Source: Pirellulales bacterium
Lineage (GTDB): Bacteria > Planctomycetota > Planctomycetia > Pirellulales > UBA1268
DNA length: 59,327 nt
Assembly (NCBI GenBank): GCA_044342075.1
Contig: JBIIQM010000006.1
Coordinates: forward strand, 1-59,327
Direction: 5' to 3'
The notes under the pieces: generated by a model
Seen by the model: the letters and a program-made list of their open reading frames with translations, nothing else
Databases searched by the model: none
Told to the model about the DNA's origin: nothing
Shown: in pieces, positions 10,921 to 22,210 of the stretch
How the letters are laid out: each line of letters begins with the position of its first letter
Position numbering within the stretch: the stretch's first letter is position 1
Program-made: the position numbers and the translations under genes

Positions 10921-11856
10921 CTACTCGGCGGCGCCGGCGATGGGCTCCAGGCCGAAGGTCGGGCCCGGCTCCTTCGCCACCGGCATGAACCACCGCGGCA
11001 CGATCGGCAGGCCGGCCTCACGCCAGGCCTGTTCGAGCCGGTCGCCGGCAAGCTTCACGACCTTCTCGCGGCCGCGGCCGGCGAGACTGGCACGGTCGGC
11101 ACAGGGCGTCACCGGTCCATCGAAGCCGGCAGCCTTCGCAGCGGTCAACACCGCCGCCGTGCTGATCACGCCCGTGTCGCCAGGCAGAAGCCGATGCTGA
11201 TGATGCAGTTCGCCGGGGCTCACGTCACGCGGCGCGTCTGAGACCCTCACTTCGACGATCCGCCCGCGCGGCACCTTGGCGATCATGTCGAGCGATTCGC
11301 CCGTCGCGTGCAGCGCCCAGGCATCGACGATCGCGCCCACGCTCTGGTGCGAAACGGCCACGAGGCCGAGCAGCGCCTCAAACGTGTTGATGAATTGGTT
11401 TGCCTTCCCTTCGCGAGCCTCGGCCTCGGGCGCGATCGTCAGGCCGAGCATGATGCCCCGCTTGGCGAGCTCGTCGCCGATCGCATCGAGCCGGCGGCGG
11501 TGCAGTTCTAAGAAGTCCTTGAAGGAATGCTCGTCGGAAGCGGGTGCGATCGTCGTCCAGGCACGGAGGGCCTCGGTCGCCTGCGCGAGGTCGAGGCGCT
11601 TCGGCAGCAGCTTCATGTCGCGATCGAACGACGCGTCGTCCCCTGCCAGGTCGACCGGCAGGTGAAAGAGGCCGCTCTTCAGCCGGGCGCTCACCATCAG
11701 CCGGCGGGCGTGCTCAACGCCGAAGGCCTCGGCCTGCTGCTGGAAATCGACGATGTCGATGTCCATCGAGTCGAAGCCGAACGACAGGGCCAGTTCGATC
11801 AGTTCGCTGGGGCGTCCGGAGAGCGGCAGGCAGACGGTGCTGAGATTGCGAAACAT
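10921..11856 (-). CDS. Sugar phosphate isomerase/epimerase-like TIM barrel protein
   Basis: MFRNLS..ELIELALSFGFDSMDID, VSDAP..RLLPG, GFDGPVT; start at 11856. Confidence 0.75.
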   Translation of the reverse strand: MFRNLSTVCLPLSGRPSELIELALSFGFDSMDIDIVDFQQQAEAFGVEHARRLMVSARLKSGLFHLPVDLAGDDASFDRDMKLLPKRLDLAQATEALRAWTTIAPASDEHSFKDFLELHRRRLDAIGDELAKRGIMLGLTIAPEAEAREGKANQFINTFEALLGLVAVSHQSVGAIVDAWALHATGESLDMIAKVPRGRIVEVRVSDAPRDVSPGELHHQHRLLPGDTGVISTAAVLTAAKAAGFDGPVTPCADRASLAGRGREKVVKLAGDRLEQAWREAGLPIVPRWFMPVAKEPGPTFGLEPIAGAAE

Positions 11857-11974
11857 GCGGCGATTCACTCCTCTGAAAAATTGGGGCCGACAGTATGACC
11901 GACCGGCGGTGTAATTTGAAGCGGTCCGGGTCCGGGACGGGATTCCGCGACCGCTTTCACCGGCGGAAGATTGC

Positions 11975-12809
11975 ATGACGAACCTCGAAGCGATCGTTTT
12001 GGGAGTGGTGCAGGGGCTGACGGAGTTCCTGCCGATCTCGAGCACGGCCCACCTGCGGATCGTGCCCGCCCTGCTCGGCTGGAACGATCCCGGGGCCGCC
12101 TATTCGGCCGTGATCCAGTGCGGCACGCTGGCGGCCGTCGTGCTCGCCATGCGGCGCGACGTCGCGGCGCTTGCCAGCGGCCTGCTGCGCGGCATTCTCT
12201 CGGGTCGCCCGCTCTCACTTCCTGAGTCGCGCACCGCCCTGCTCATCGTTCTCGGCACGCTGCCGATCGTGGCCGTGGGGTTCGCCGCTCGGCACCTCAT
12301 CCGCGGCGAGGCGCGGCGGCTGGAGGTGGTCACCGCCGCCCTGCTCTTCACGACGTTTCTGATGGCGGCCGCCGAGTGGCTCGCCTGGCGGCGGTCGCGG
12401 CGCGGTGAGATCGGCCGCGATGGCCTCGAGCGGGTGACGCTCGCCGACGGCCTCGCGATGGGCCTGGCGCAGGTGCTCGCGCTCGTGCCCGGCACGTCGC
12501 GCAGCGGCGTGACGATCTCCTCCGGCATGGCGACCGGCCTCGACCGCCGCACGGCCGCGCGGTTTTCATTTCTGCTCTCGCTGCCTGCCGTGGCGGCGGC
12601 CGGACTGCTCGAGGCCTGGCAGCAGCGGGAGGCGATCTTCGGCTCGCCCGAAGCCATCACGACGGCTCTGCTGGGCACGCTCTCGGCTGCGGTCGTGGGC
12701 TATCTCGCGATCCGCTGGCTCTTGCGCGTGCTCACGAGCCACACGCTCTGGCCGTTCATTCTCTACCGGCTCGCGATTGCCTCGCTCTTGGCGTGGTCAC
12801 TCACCGCGG

Positions 12810-12832
<23 letters not shown>
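11975..12832 (+). CDS. uppP: Undecaprenyl-diphosphate phosphatase
   Basis: QGLTEFLPISSTAH and PGTSRSG motifs; multiple TM segments. Confidence 0.95.
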
Positions 12833-14195
<1,363 letters not shown>

Positions 14196-14335
14196 GCGAC
14201 GAGGTGACTCCGGAGAAAAGGGCTCTCCATGTTCCTAGGTCGCAAAAAGGCGACGTCAAAGTCGCCGTGGGGAGACAACTCACCGAAATCCATACCCACG
14301 GAACGTCACGATCGCGCCAGCCGCTACGACCGGAC

Positions 14336-14381
14336 GTAGGACAGGCTTCAGCCTGTCTCGACAGGCTGAAGCCTGTCCTAC
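14336..14381. repeat. Perfect REP doublet (REPIN-like)
   Basis: GTAGGACAGGCTTCAGCCTGTC-TC-GACAGGCTGAAGCCTGTCCTAC. Confidence 0.92.
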
Positions 14382-15085
14382 TTCTCTACGTTCTGGTCGA
14401 CGTCGCCCAGATGGACCGCGTCGGCGATGCGGTCGGCGGCGGGGCCGAGCAGGATCTCGCGATTCTCGAAGAGGGCCTCGGGATCCTGGTCGAGCATGCG
14501 GATGCGTCGCTTGCGAAACGAGAAGAAGGCGATCACCGCCAGCGCCGCCAGGGCCGCCACGATGATCACCGCCGTGAAGCCCCGTTCGGCCGACTGGATC
14601 AGCCCGGTGATCCGGTCGCCAAAGAGGTAGGCCAGCCCGAAGAAGCCGCCGATCACGACCGAGGCGCAGATGAAGTCGGCCAGCAGGAACCAGCGATACT
14701 TCACCTTCAAGATGCCGGCGGTGAGATAGAAGGGGCTCCGCAGGCCCACGAGAAACCTCGCCACGAAGAAGGCCTTGATGCCATGCTTCTTGATCAGGTC
14801 TTCGATCGTCTTCTCACGCTCCGCGGTGAGGAAGCCCGACCACCAGGGATGCTCCTTGAGCACGCGGGCGCCAAAAAACCGCCCGATCGCATACATCAGG
14901 CTGTCGCCAAGGAGCGCCCCCACGAGGCAGGCCGGCAACGCGTAATACCAGTGGAGGGCACCCGCCCGACTGGCCACGCCCGCCGCCACGATCGGCACCT
15001 CTTCAGGCACGGGCAGACCGATGCCCGTGAGCGTCAGGAAGAAGATGATGCCGAGGTAGGACCCCTGCTCGAACCACTCGATCAT
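14378..15085 (-). CDS. DedA family membrane protein
   Basis: GLPVPEE, LGDSLMYAIGR and ARFLVGLR motifs. Confidence 0.9.
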   Translation of the reverse strand: MIEWFEQGSYLGIIFFLTLTGIGLPVPEEVPIVAAGVASRAGALHWYYALPACLVGALLGDSLMYAIGRFFGARVLKEHPWWSGFLTAEREKTIEDLIKKHGIKAFFVARFLVGLRSPFYLTAGILKVKYRWFLLADFICASVVIGGFFGLAYLFGDRITGLIQSAERGFTAVIIVAALAALAVIAFFSFRKRRIRMLDQDPEALFENREILLGPAADRIADAVHLGDVDQNVEK

Positions 15086-15159
15086 GTTTGGCAGCTATTC
15101 GAAAGCGGGGCTTGGCCGTGTTGCGAAGTCCCGGCAGTATAGCCGCCCCGGACTAACTT

Positions 15160-16185
15160 TCATGGCCTTGCCGGGGGCCCCGCCACGAGTTCGAGGGCGG
15201 GATCGGCCGCGGGGTCGATCGAGAGCGTGTCGGCATCGAGGTTCGCGGTCTGCACGCGCAGCGAGCCGGGGGATGATCCCGGCTCGACGAGGAGCGCCGC
15301 CACGGGGCCGCCCGCGGGCGCGATCTGCGGAAGCGCCGTGGGGCCGAGCACGTAGAGCGCGGTCGAAAGCGCGTCGGCGTCGGCGGCGCATGGCGCGAGC
15401 ACCGTCGCGGAGAGCACTCCCTCGGCCGGCAGACCGGTTCGCGGGTCGAGGATGTGGCCGAGCCGCTTGCCACGATCGATGAAAAACTGAGTGCCCGAGC
15501 CACTCGTGCCGAGCGCCCGATCCTCGAGCGTGATCGTCGCCAGCCGCACGGCCGGTCGAAGCGGATGTCGCACGCCCACCTTCCAGCCGTGCCTTCCCGG
15601 CAGCCGCGGCCCCTGCACGCCCACGGCCCGCACGCTGCTCTGCCCGCCATGCACGAGCACGCTCGGCACCCCCGCATCGACGAGCCGCTCGATCGCGCGA
15701 TCCAGCGCCCAGCCCTTGCCGATCGCGCCAAGATTCAGTTCGACACCGGGCCGCGTGAACCGGATCATCCGCCGCTCCGGATCGAGCTCCACCCACCGCA
15801 TGCCCGAGGCCTCCCGCGCCGTGGCGAGCTCCTCGGGCGAGGGCGTCCGCCCCTGCCGACGCAGAAATCCCCAGGCCCGCGTGAGCGCCCCCGAGGCGCA
15901 GTCAAAGCCGCCGCCGGTCTTTTCATTGAGCTCGCGGGCGTGCTCCAGAAGCGCGAAGAGATCCGTTGCCACCGGCTGCCAGCCCGCAGCGGCGGTGGCG
16001 TTGAGCCGCACGAGTTCGCTCGTCTCGCGATAGACGGTGATCCGGTTTTCGATCTCGTCGACGAGGTCGAGGGCGTCGACCGCGAGCTCAGTCGCGTTCT
16101 CCACCTCGCCGGCGTTGAAAACCACCTCGAACCGGCAGGCCATCGCCTCGCGGCCCACGACGATCGTGTGGAGGTCGGATTCCAT
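15160..16185 (-). CDS. apbE: FAD:protein FMN transferase (ApbE family)
   Basis: AMACRF, LNLGAIGKG, GTSG, GHILDPRTG, ADALSTA. Confidence 0.9.
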   Translation of the reverse strand: MESDLHTIVVGREAMACRFEVVFNAGEVENATELAVDALDLVDEIENRITVYRETSELVRLNATAAAGWQPVATDLFALLEHARELNEKTGGGFDCASGALTRAWGFLRRQGRTPSPEELATAREASGMRWVELDPERRMIRFTRPGVELNLGAIGKGWALDRAIERLVDAGVPSVLVHGGQSSVRAVGVQGPRLPGRHGWKVGVRHPLRPAVRLATITLEDRALGTSGSGTQFFIDRGKRLGHILDPRTGLPAEGVLSATVLAPCAADADALSTALYVLGPTALPQIAPAGGPVAALLVEPGSSPGSLRVQTANLDADTLSIDPAADPALELVAGPPARP

Positions 16186-16203
16186 CGGGTAACGGGAATC
16201 GCT

Positions 16204-17673
16204 TTACCGCGGCGCGAGGCCGCGATCGAAGGCGTCTTGGTCGCGGCGGAAGACGGCGAGCACCGTCTCGAAGCGTTCGAGCGGAATCCGGTAGACGGGC
16301 TGCTCGCCGGTGTGGGCATGGCAGTGGGCCACGAGCAACCGGTAGAGAAACTTGAAGAGCTGCCGCGGCACGCGGAGGCTGCGGAGACCGTCGAGCAGCC
16401 GCCGCTGATCGACCTCCGGCTCGAAGAGCTGCGCGAGCGTGGCGGGCGGCGTGCCCACGCTCGCCGCCTTCACCCGCGTCGAGGCGATGTCGTAGAGCGT
16501 CTCCCCCGACCATTCGAGCGACGGCACGAGGTTTTGCTTGTCGAGCCGGGCCCGCTGGTTGAATTGTTCGTCCTCCCGCTCGATGAAGCGGTAGAGCTCG
16601 ACCGGGAGGAGGAGCTTGAACCCCATCCCCGGCGACTTCAGAAACTTGTTGTCGAGCATCGGCCAGATCACCTGCTTCATCCGCTCGGCTGAGCCATTGA
16701 TGAGATGCGGCTCGTCGAGGCGGTCGACGATCACGACCATCCCCGAATAGCCCTGCGCGGCGAGGATGCCCTGAAACTTCGCGAGCAGTTCGTAGCGGTC
16801 GTCGCTGCGGGCGTGGAGCGGCAGCGGCTGGCCGGCAAGATCCACTTCCGGCATGCGGGCGAGCGCCGTGGCAAGCTGGCCGAGGGTGCGGTTGCCCGTC
16901 CGCATGCTGCGGACGATCCGGATCGCGGTCCAGAGCGACTTCACCCGGCGCACGGCCCACGGCCCCCACGCGGCGGCGAGCAGGAGCCACGGCCACCAGG
17001 CGGTGAGCCAGCCCGTGGTGCCGCGGGAGATGCCGACCGCGACGGCGGCGGCAAACGCCACCGTCGCCACGAGGCCGAGCAGCAGCGGCCAGAGGCCGAG
17101 CCAGGCCGAGTAGCCGGTGCGGCTCCGCAGCCGTCGCCAGCGCGATGGAAACGTCTCGCCCGTCGATTGGTCGTAGCAGGCGGCGAGGAGCGCGAGGTCG
17201 CGGGCCTGCGGCGGCGTGAGCTTCGCGGCGGAGCGGCGGTTGGCCGGATCGTTCACCTCCGTCACGAACTGGGTCACGGCGAGCGCGAGGATCGCGTCCA
17301 TGTGATCCCAGAGCTTCCACTGCCCGAGGACCTTGTCCACCGGACGGTTCGGCCCGACGCGGCTCACGAAACGGTCGAGGAAGGGATTGAAGTCGTCGTA
17401 GAGCACGACGAACGTGCGGCGGTCGGGCACGGCCGCGTTGTGGCGGTCGAACTGCCGCACCATCTGCAGCTTGAGGGCCGTCTTGCCGGCGCCCTTCTCG
17501 CCAAACACGATCGACGTGCTCGGGTCGGAGGGATCGCCGTAGATCTTGTCCCAAGACGGATGAAACGTCGTCTCGAGACAGGTGCGTTTGAAGACGGTGT
17601 CGTTCTGCGCATCCTCCTCGGCGAAAGGATTGCCGGCGATGCCGTGGTGCTCGAGAAATTCCTGAATCTTCAT
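16204..17673 (-). CDS. P-loop NTPase with two TM helices between Walker A and Walker B (KAP-like architecture)
   Basis: Walker A GEKGAGKT; hydrophobic hairpin WLGLWPLLLG..WWPWLLLAAAW; Walker B-like VVIVDRLDE. Confidence 0.7.
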   Translation of the reverse strand: MKIQEFLEHHGIAGNPFAEEDAQNDTVFKRTCLETTFHPSWDKIYGDPSDPSTSIVFGEKGAGKTALKLQMVRQFDRHNAAVPDRRTFVVLYDDFNPFLDRFVSRVGPNRPVDKVLGQWKLWDHMDAILALAVTQFVTEVNDPANRRSAAKLTPPQARDLALLAACYDQSTGETFPSRWRRLRSRTGYSAWLGLWPLLLGLVATVAFAAAVAVGISRGTTGWLTAWWPWLLLAAAWGPWAVRRVKSLWTAIRIVRSMRTGNRTLGQLATALARMPEVDLAGQPLPLHARSDDRYELLAKFQGILAAQGYSGMVVIVDRLDEPHLINGSAERMKQVIWPMLDNKFLKSPGMGFKLLLPVELYRFIEREDEQFNQRARLDKQNLVPSLEWSGETLYDIASTRVKAASVGTPPATLAQLFEPEVDQRRLLDGLRSLRVPRQLFKFLYRLLVAHCHAHTGEQPVYRIPLERFETVLAVFRRDQDAFDRGLAPR

Positions 17674-17709
17674 GCGGTCAGATTTTCATGCGGTCAGGTC
17701 TTCAGTCCG

Positions 17710-18330
17710 TCACTTCGCGGCGGCGACGAGCCCCTCGACCATCGTGCGGAAGCCGTCCGCGTGCTTCGCGACGGTGGCCGCCGGCCCGTAAAACTTGAGG
17801 AAGTAGCTGCCCTTGCCCGGCGTCTCGACGATCGCGGCGAGCATCCGGTAATTGGGGCGATCGATCGACTTGCCGCCGGCGAACGGGCCGCCCGGCATGT
17901 CTTTGTAGGTGCCGCCCACATCCACGAGCGTCACGCTGCAGCCGGCGAGCTTGAGCGTCTTCGTGGTGGCCTTGTCCTTGGTGGCGCTGCCGTCGGGCTG
18001 CGCGAACTGGCCATACCAGCGGTCCACGTTGGCCTGCACGCTCCCGCCGGCGCCCATCACGGTCATGCGGCCGGGCTGCTCGTCACCGGCTTCCGGCGGG
18101 ATTGCAAACTCCGTCTCCACGATGCCCGACTTCGGCGGCACGCGTTTCCAGCCCGCGGGTGCCTCGAGCGAATAGCCGCCGGAGGCGATCGTGAAGGCGC
18201 GGGTGTCTTCCGCCACGGCGGCCTGTGCTGCGGCTTCCCGCGCGGCAGCCGAAGAAAACACCCCGGCGACGAGGCAGACGATCGCACAAAACGAACCAAA
18301 GCGAGAACCAAAGCTGGCGGGGAATCGCAT
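17710..18330 (-). CDS. Secreted hypothetical protein
   Basis: Signal peptide; GGSVQANVDRWYGQF and YFLKFYGP conserved-looking blocks. Confidence 0.7.
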   Translation of the reverse strand: MRFPASFGSRFGSFCAIVCLVAGVFSSAAAREAAAQAAVAEDTRAFTIASGGYSLEAPAGWKRVPPKSGIVETEFAIPPEAGDEQPGRMTVMGAGGSVQANVDRWYGQFAQPDGSATKDKATTKTLKLAGCSVTLVDVGGTYKDMPGGPFAGGKSIDRPNYRMLAAIVETPGKGSYFLKFYGPAATVAKHADGFRTMVEGLVAAAK

Positions 18331-18391
18331 GGCGAAGCTCCGGTGAAGAGGGACGGCGAAATCCAATCCGCCCAAGTCTACCAGACCGCCA

Positions 18392-18967
18392 TCAGCCCGT
18401 TTCAACCGGCAGCAATTCGGGCATTGGCTGCAGCGAGGCCATTTCGGCGAGGCCGGCCTTCACCATTTCACGGCCCGTGACGTAGCGGTGGGTCTTGATC
18501 CACTGGGCGATGAGCTCGGCCGACGTGCCGAAGAGATCGCCGAGCAGCACGTCCATGTCGCGCTCGAGCTCGGCGAAGTGTCGCGACCATTCCGCCGCCT
18601 CGGTGATGCCGATGTGCTCCTCGCTCTGCCACTTCATCGGGTGGAAGAGGAAGACGCTGTAGGGCGTGACGATCCGCCGCGTGCAGGTGGCAAACGGCCA
18701 GAGCGCCGCCGACGAGCATTCGCCCGTCACGACGCCGGTGGCGCGGATGCCGCGGAGCCGCATGAGCGTGACGAGCGACATGGCGCAGTAGGGGCTGCCG
18801 CCGGGCGAGTCGAAATAGATCGTGCACTCGCCGCCGGGCTCGATGCCGAGCAGGCGGTCGGTCATGTCGGCCTCGTTGTCGGTCAGGTCGCCGACGAGGG
18901 CGATTTCAACGGGGCCGCGACGCTCTTCCGCGTCTTCCTCTGGCTGGGGCTTGTCTCGGCGTGGCAT
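18392..18967 (-). CDS. ClpP/crotonase-fold protease-like protein
   Basis: YFDSPGGS, GECSSAA (Ser), FLFHP (His); start placed at MPRRDKPQ. Confidence 0.78.
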   Translation of the reverse strand: MPRRDKPQPEEDAEERRGPVEIALVGDLTDNEADMTDRLLGIEPGGECTIYFDSPGGSPYCAMSLVTLMRLRGIRATGVVTGECSSAALWPFATCTRRIVTPYSVFLFHPMKWQSEEHIGITEAAEWSRHFAELERDMDVLLGDLFGTSAELIAQWIKTHRYVTGREMVKAGLAEMASLQPMPELLPVETG

Positions 18968-19027
18968 GATGAGCAAAAGGTTAAGACGGCCTGGCAAAAA
19001 CAGCAAGTTCGAGAAGCGGAACATCGC

Positions 19028-19270
19028 ATGGGGATCGTGGTGTATTGCCCAAACGGGCACCGCGTGAAGGTGAAAGACGTCTTCGCCGGCAAGCGGGTGC
19101 ATTGCCCCATCTGCCAGGCGAAGACGCGCGTGCCGCGATCGGCGTCTTCGTTCGCGCCCGCCCCCGAGGAGGCCATGCATTCCTTCCCCGAGGCGCTGCC
19201 GACGGCGGAACTGATCTCACCTCCACCCGCCGGGATCGAGAAGCTGCCGCGGGCGCGGCCGCTGCACTAA
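19028..19270 (+). CDS. Small zinc-ribbon protein
   Basis: MGIVVYCPNGH...AGKRVHCPIC, a planctomycete-type Zn-knuckle N-terminus. Confidence 0.7.
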   Translation: MGIVVYCPNGHRVKVKDVFAGKRVHCPICQAKTRVPRSASSFAPAPEEAMHSFPEALPTAELISPPPAGIEKLPRARPLH

Positions 19271-20241
19271 TTCCTATAAGCCCCGTGGCAGGTGTCGCAC
19301 GATTTCTTGAGTTCGCCGACGGCGGCACGGGCGGCGTCGTAATCGGATCGCCTCGCGGCGGCGCGGGCCTTCACGGCGGCGTCGCGCATCTCGGCCGCAT
19401 AGCCGCGGTAGGTTTCGTCGTCGTGGTATTCGTGGTCGGGCCGTTGGATCGCTTCGCCGATCAACGCCACGAGTTCCACTTCGTGCAGCAGCTTGGCAAC
19501 CTGCTTGCCGAAATCTTCCTTCGAGGCGACGGCGGCGCTGGCCACCTCGTCGGCCGTTCCGAGCCGCGACATCAGCGCCGGCCGGGCGGCGATCTTGCTC
19601 CACGAAGGCTCCCCCGCGCCGCCATCGGGGAGCGCCTCGAGGCTGTTTCCCTGAAGCAGTAAGTCGAGGTCGGCCACGCGAGCCTTCGCTTCATTCAGCG
19701 ATTGCTGCGTGCCCACCTTGCAATTGCTGCCCGCCCGCGCGAAGAGATCGCGGGCGATCGCGGCGTCTCTCTTGAACCGAACGTCGCCGTCGTAGCCCTT
19801 GATCACGGCGAAGCAGAGCGCGATGGAACTGAATGCCTGCCGCACGTCGTTGTAGCCGCCGCCTTTGAAATCGGAGGCTGAGGCAACGGCCTTCGCCGCG
19901 ATGCCCTTCATGTGCTTGATTTCGTCCACGAGCGTGTCGGCCGAAACGAGCGACGACCACTTGAAGCCACCGGCTGCCGGCGCCGCCTCGGGCAATGCCG
20001 CCGCCTCGGCGTCGTTTTCGGCTGCCGCGAAATCGGGCCGCTCTCCTTCGAGCGTGGCGAAGGCGTCGGTGAAGAAGGCCGAGGCCATGGCCTTGTCCCA
20101 GGCGGCGGTTGGCTTCGCCCTTTCCCTGGGCCTGACGCGATTGATCCGAATCTGAGACCAGGCCGCCGGGGTGCCGCAGAGGATCGCCGCCGCAAGGGCC
20201 CCGACGAGCGTCGCCCGCAGCCGCCACGGTGATGGATGCAT
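19267..20241 (-). CDS. Secreted cytochrome c (class II / c'-like, C-terminal heme)
   Basis: Signal peptide; terminal CDTCH motif followed by GAYRN-stop. Confidence 0.75.
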   Translation of the reverse strand: MHPSPWRLRATLVGALAAAILCGTPAAWSQIRINRVRPRERAKPTAAWDKAMASAFFTDAFATLEGERPDFAAAENDAEAAALPEAAPAAGGFKWSSLVSADTLVDEIKHMKGIAAKAVASASDFKGGGYNDVRQAFSSIALCFAVIKGYDGDVRFKRDAAIARDLFARAGSNCKVGTQQSLNEAKARVADLDLLLQGNSLEALPDGGAGEPSWSKIAARPALMSRLGTADEVASAAVASKEDFGKQVAKLLHEVELVALIGEAIQRPDHEYHDDETYRGYAAEMRDAAVKARAAARRSDYDAARAAVGELKKSCDTCHGAYRN

Positions 20242-20443
20242 TCGGTTGCCGGCAGCCTGAATCGCCATGCCGGAAAGCATAGCAAACGCCGGCTGTTTTC
20301 CCGTTTTTACCGGGCATTTTCCGGCTTGACCGCCACTCCTCATCCCGTCAGTCTCTCCGCCCCCCAAGAACCCCGTTTCAAGACCCCGCGTTTCCTCCGG
20401 CACCGTTGGCCCCCCGTTGGATACAGCACAGGAGTTCCGAGCG

Positions 20444-21085
20444 ATGACCACCGAATTCACGAGCCCCCGTACATCATCGACCGCCACCGCCCGCGCGTGG
20501 ACGCTCTGGGCCGCCTGCTTCGTCGCGGGCTGCGGCCTCCTGGCTGCGGTGACCGTGCCCGGCTGCTCGGCCGGTGGTTCCGGCGGGTCATCGGCCGCTG
20601 CTGAGCCGGCCAAGTCGGCGGTGATCACGTTCCTCGATGCCGTGAAGCGCGGCGACGATGCGGCGGCCAGCGGCATGCTCACCAAAGTGGCTCGCGCCAA
20701 GACTCAGGAACTCGGCCTTTCGGTCGCGCCGCCCGTGAATCCCACGGCCACATACGCCGTTCGCGACTGCGAGGTGGTGGGCGAAGGGGGCGACCTCGTG
20801 CATGTGGGCACCACCTGGACCGACACGGATGCCGACGGTTTTACGAGCACGGATAACGTCGTCTGGGTCGTCCGCCTCGATCCGGAGGGCTGGCGGGTGG
20901 TCGGCATGGCGATGAAGATCTTCGACGATCTCCCGCCGCTGCTTTTGAATTTCGAAGACCCCGAAGACATGCTCGCCAAGCAGGAGCAGGTCGCGGCCGA
21001 GTTGCAGAAGCGGTCCCAGCAGGCCGCCGCCAAGGCCCAGGCCGAAAGCCGCACCGCCCAGGGCCCCGCCCCCACGCAAAAGTAG
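20444..21085 (+). CDS. Hypothetical lipoprotein (NTF2-like fold possible)
   Basis: Lipobox-like VPGC; FLDAVKRGD..LTKVA; GWRVVGMA. Confidence 0.7.
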   Translation: MTTEFTSPRTSSTATARAWTLWAACFVAGCGLLAAVTVPGCSAGGSGGSSAAAEPAKSAVITFLDAVKRGDDAAASGMLTKVARAKTQELGLSVAPPVNPTATYAVRDCEVVGEGGDLVHVGTTWTDTDADGFTSTDNVVWVVRLDPEGWRVVGMAMKIFDDLPPLLLNFEDPEDMLAKQEQVAAELQKRSQQAAAKAQAESRTAQGPAPTQK

Positions 21086-21210
21086 GACAGGCTTCAGCCT
21101 GTCTCCCGTAGGACAGGCCTCCGTGCCTGTCTCCGGTGGGGTAGGCTTCCAGCCTGCCTCCGGACACCCGGCCTCTGCGCCGGTCCTCGACAGGCTGAAG
21201 CCTGTCCTAC
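21082..21210. repeat. REP cluster (4-5 units)
   Basis: GTAGGACAGGCTTCAGCCTGTC, GTAGGACAGGCCTCCGTGCCTGTC, GTGGGGTAGGCTTCCAGCCTGCC and an inverted terminal copy. Confidence 0.9.
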
Positions 21211-21264
21211 GTGGGCGCCAGGCAGCCTCAAGGCTGCCCGAATTCCCGGCATATACGCCGGTTC

Positions 21265-21292
21265 TTGACACCGGGCGGTCCACGGATAGCCT
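21265..21292 (+). promoter_or_regulatory. Candidate sigma70-like promoter for the Cys/His-rich gene
   Basis: TTGACA-N16-TAGCCT. Confidence 0.4.
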
Positions 21293-21502
21293 AATTGCCC
21301 AGATTCCCCAGGCGGAAATCTTTCGCCAACCGTCAGCCCTTGCAGGGGAGTGCTGCCGGTTGTCCGAACGAGGTCCCGCCCAAGGTTTCTTCGGTTGACC
21401 GCTCGTTTTGCTGCGGTCCGGTGGCCGTCCCGGATCCGGTGTGTTTCGTGACGGCTTCAGGAACGCATGACGCGTTAAGTTCCCTTTTATTGGAGGAATG
21501 TG

Positions 21503-21949
21503 ATGAAGCGTTTTCTCGGATTCGCGGTTGCTATGTTCTTTGCCCTCGTCGCCATCGCCCTCGTGGGTGGTGAGTCGGGTGCCGTTGCCGGCCACGGCTG
21601 CCACGGCCGCGCTCGTTGCCATGGCCGCGCCCACCGCTGCCACGGTGGTCTCCTGGCTCGTCTCCACGCCAAGCACAAGCGTTGCCACGGCGAAGAGGCT
21701 GCCGCTGCTCCGGCCTGCGAGTCGGGCTGCGGCGAAGCTGCTCCGGCCTGCGGCGGTTGCGGTGAGGCTGCTGCCGTCGAAGGCGGCTGCTCCAGCTGCG
21801 GCGGCGAAGTCGTCGAGGGTGGTGCGGTCAGCGGCGGCTGCGTTGGCGGCGGCTGCTCCGGCGAAGGCGTGATCTCGGAAGGCGTGCCGACCGAGGCCGC
21901 TGCCCCGGTTGCCCCGGCCGCTCCGGCTGCCCCGGCCACTGGCACCTGA
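21503..21949 (+). CDS. Secreted small Cys/His/Gly-rich protein
   Basis: GGAGG RBS, signal peptide, four CHG units followed by CxxC/CxxxC motifs, own terminator. Confidence 0.8.
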   Translation: MKRFLGFAVAMFFALVAIALVGGESGAVAGHGCHGRARCHGRAHRCHGGLLARLHAKHKRCHGEEAAAAPACESGCGEAAPACGGCGEAAAVEGGCSSCGGEVVEGGAVSGGCVGGGCSGEGVISEGVPTEAAAPVAPAAPAAPATGT

Positions 21950-22020
21950 GCCTAAACGCCTCTTCTTCCCGATCTCCCGCCTGCCCTGAGGCAACGGGAA
22001 GAAAAGCGTGATCAAACGAG

Positions 22021-22054
22021 ACCGGGCCTCCCGCAAGGGAGGCCCGGTTTTTTT
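22021..22054 (+). terminator. Intrinsic terminator
   Basis: ACCGGGCCTCCC-GCAA-GGGAGGCCCGGT plus T-tract; GNRA loop. Confidence 0.9.
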
Positions 22055-22060
22055 GTGCAA

Positions 22061-22210
22061 GTAGGACAGGCCTCAGCCTGTCACCAGTTCCAGTAGGGCA
22101 GGCCTCAGCCTGCCTGAATTACGACACTCCTCCGCGCCTGTCCCAGCCTCTTCCCAGACACGCGGAGACGCCTGTGCTACTTACGTGCGACAGGCTGAAG
22201 CCTGTCCTAC
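22061..22210. repeat. REP cluster with degenerate internal units
   Basis: GTAGGACAGGCCTCAGCCTGTC, GTAGGGCAGGCCTCAGCCTGCC ... GACAGGCTGAAGCCTGTCCTAC. Confidence 0.88.

Noticed and set aside
20588-22060. 490-aa minus-strand ORF and other ORFs containing DRLKPVL/GQASAC peptides
   Set aside because: Spurious frames reading through REP clusters and antisense to real genes
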